IMG/VR virus record: IMGVR_UViG_3300009193_000004
Location: 1 to 36,253 of that record
Source: a virus
Lineage: Duplodnaviria > Caudoviricetes
Length of the DNA stretch: 36,253 nucleotides
Reading direction: 5' to 3' (one strand)
In this document: positions 35,022-36,253 of the stretch, piece by piece
Layout: the number at the start of each line of letters is the position of its first letter
Numbering within the stretch: the first letter of the stretch is position 1
Notes under the pieces: model-generated
What the model saw: only the letters and a program-made list of their open reading frames with translations
Databases searched by the model: none
Told to the model about the DNA's origin: nothing
Position numbers and translations under genes: made by a program

Positions 35022-36253
35022 TTAAGTTGTCATACGCTTCCACTCGCCAGCGCCAGTTCCGTATGACTTCCACCAGCTTGTATCAGCAAGGTGAACCAAC
35101 TCTTCTCCGGGGAACCTTGCAATAAATCCAGAAACATCAGGGAATGGTTGCCCTGAAGATATTGTTCTTATGCCATATTTTGAAAGTTCTGTTGCTCCGT
35201 TTTTAAGAATATTATCCTTAAATATAACAACGGCCCCTGAAAACAACTCAGTATCCAACCCGCCAGTTCCGAACAGCACATTCCCTGTCACAACACACTC
35301 GTTGCCAGGAGCGTTAATTCTAAGAGCAGAACTCACAGACTCGACCTGATTATTTATAATCTGGCATTCTGTCGGATCACCAAAATAAATACCTCTAGTT
35401 GCAACTCCTTTAACAATGTTTCCAGACACAATGATGTTATTTACAGGCGTTGTTGATGCGATAATTCCGTTGTTACCAGAGGCAGAAGGTGAGGAAATGT
35501 ATCCAGTAACGTGATTGTTTGAAATTATTGAGTCATCAAGATTTGATGCCAGAATGCAGTCTCCTGAACATTCATATATTTTATTACCGCTAACAATAAG
35601 GTTTGATGCCCTTGAAATGCTAATCCCTCGCTCTGCGACATTTGCACCGCGAAGCGGGAAACCGATTCTTCGCATGTTGTTATTTACAATATGAAGGTTT
35701 GTAGGGTTTGAGCCGCCGCCAAAGTCTTCAACGGTAATCCCGTTGCCACAATCAACAATCGTGTTTGCTTCAACAATACAGTTTGCCGAAAATCGTTTAA
35801 TACCTATTCCGCCAAAAGGGGCGTTCTTACAAATGTTATTTGAAACAATTGACTCACCCAAACCTTCTAAGTCACCAGCGTTAACGTAGATGCATAAGTC
35901 TCTCGCTCCTTCAATGTAATTGTTTTTACAAAATGCTCTTGTTGCACCAGAAAACATGATCCCAGTATCTATGGCATTAAAAAGAACGCAATTTATAACT
36001 TTGCTTCTAAATCCCGTGCATGTAATTGTATCGCAAACAACAGGAGCTGGATTATTAGAAGAATTTCCTTCTACAATCAGACCGTCATAAATAACTCGGT
36101 CTTCTCCAAGGTTATTTATTGGGTAGTAAGACAATCCAATATCAACAACCGTATTGTCCTTTATTTTTAAAACGCCACCAGCCCCTTTGAACGTTGTTTT
36201 TGAGTAAACTTTTAGCTGAGTAAAAATATACTCCTGATCAGTGGGCGAGGTTG
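35022..36253 (-). CDS. Tailspike/depolymerase, 3' part (right-handed beta-helix)
   Basis: Asn/Ile/Gly-rich parallel beta-helix repeats (IVSNNIC, IVEANTI, IISNNHV); open through the window end and in frame with the ORF starting at 1015. Confidence 0.88.
   Translation of the reverse strand, partial: TSPTDQEYIFTQLKVYSKTTFKGAGGVLKIKDNTVVDIGLSYYPINNLGEDRVIYDGLIVEGNSSNNPAPVVCDTITCTGFRSKVINCVLFNAIDTGIMFSGATRAFCKNNYIEGARDLCIYVNAGDLEGLGESIVSNNICKNAPFGGIGIKRFSANCIVEANTIVDCGNGITVEDFGGGSNPTNLHIVNNNMRRIGFPLRGANVAERGISISRASNLIVSGNKIYECSGDCILASNLDDSIISNNHVTGYISSPSASGNNGIIASTTPVNNIIVSGNIVKGVATRGIYFGDPTECQIINNQVESVSSALRINAPGNECVVTGNVLFGTGGLDTELFSGAVVIFKDNILKNGATELSKYGIRTISSGQPFPDVSGFIARFPGEELVHLADTSWWKSYGTGAGEWKRMTT
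36131..36253. repeat. Terminal direct repeat, copy 2 (circular assembly overlap)
   Basis: Identical to 1-123. Confidence 0.97.

Noticed and set aside
35022-36134. Stand-alone 370-aa ORF starting at TTG
   Set aside because: It is the C-terminal half of the tailspike that begins at 1015.
36131-36253. 123-bp end repeat as a biological terminal repeat or att site
   Set aside because: It lies mid-gene within the tailspike and is the size of an assembler overlap; P22-like phages are typically headful packagers with permuted ends.

Overview
The window is an apparently complete, circularly permuted ~36.1-kb P22-like podovirus genome. Bases 1-123 are repeated exactly at 36131-36253, and the tailspike ORF reads in frame across that junction. 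The host is probably a gammaproteobacterium (inference from gene content). One short divergent promoter region (~30400-30530) drives two units. The rightward unit encodes a Cro-like HTH, a DUF1376 replication initiator with origin-like repeats, a P-like protein, a TGT/DpdA-like transglycosylase, a phage Dam-type methyltransferase, DUF1367 and NinG. The very long leftward unit encodes ERF, YqaJ exonuclease, a DEDDh exonuclease, DUF2303, an SSB-like protein, a Gp49-family protein, an amidase plus two holins, terminase, portal, scaffold, coat, gp4/gp10/gp26-like tail proteins, three ejection proteins and the tailspike. I see no integrase, CI repressor, Q/N antiterminator, tRNA or CRISPR. The most striking features are: (i) a 2736-aa 'polyvalent' ejection protein carrying ParB-like, N6-adenine methyltransferase, HExxH metallopeptidase-like and LPD38-like modules; (ii) an orphan DpdA-like enzyme translationally coupled to a Dam with an atypical NCPY motif; and (iii) a candidate anti-CBASS sponge. 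All family assignments come from motif recognition by eye, not database searches.
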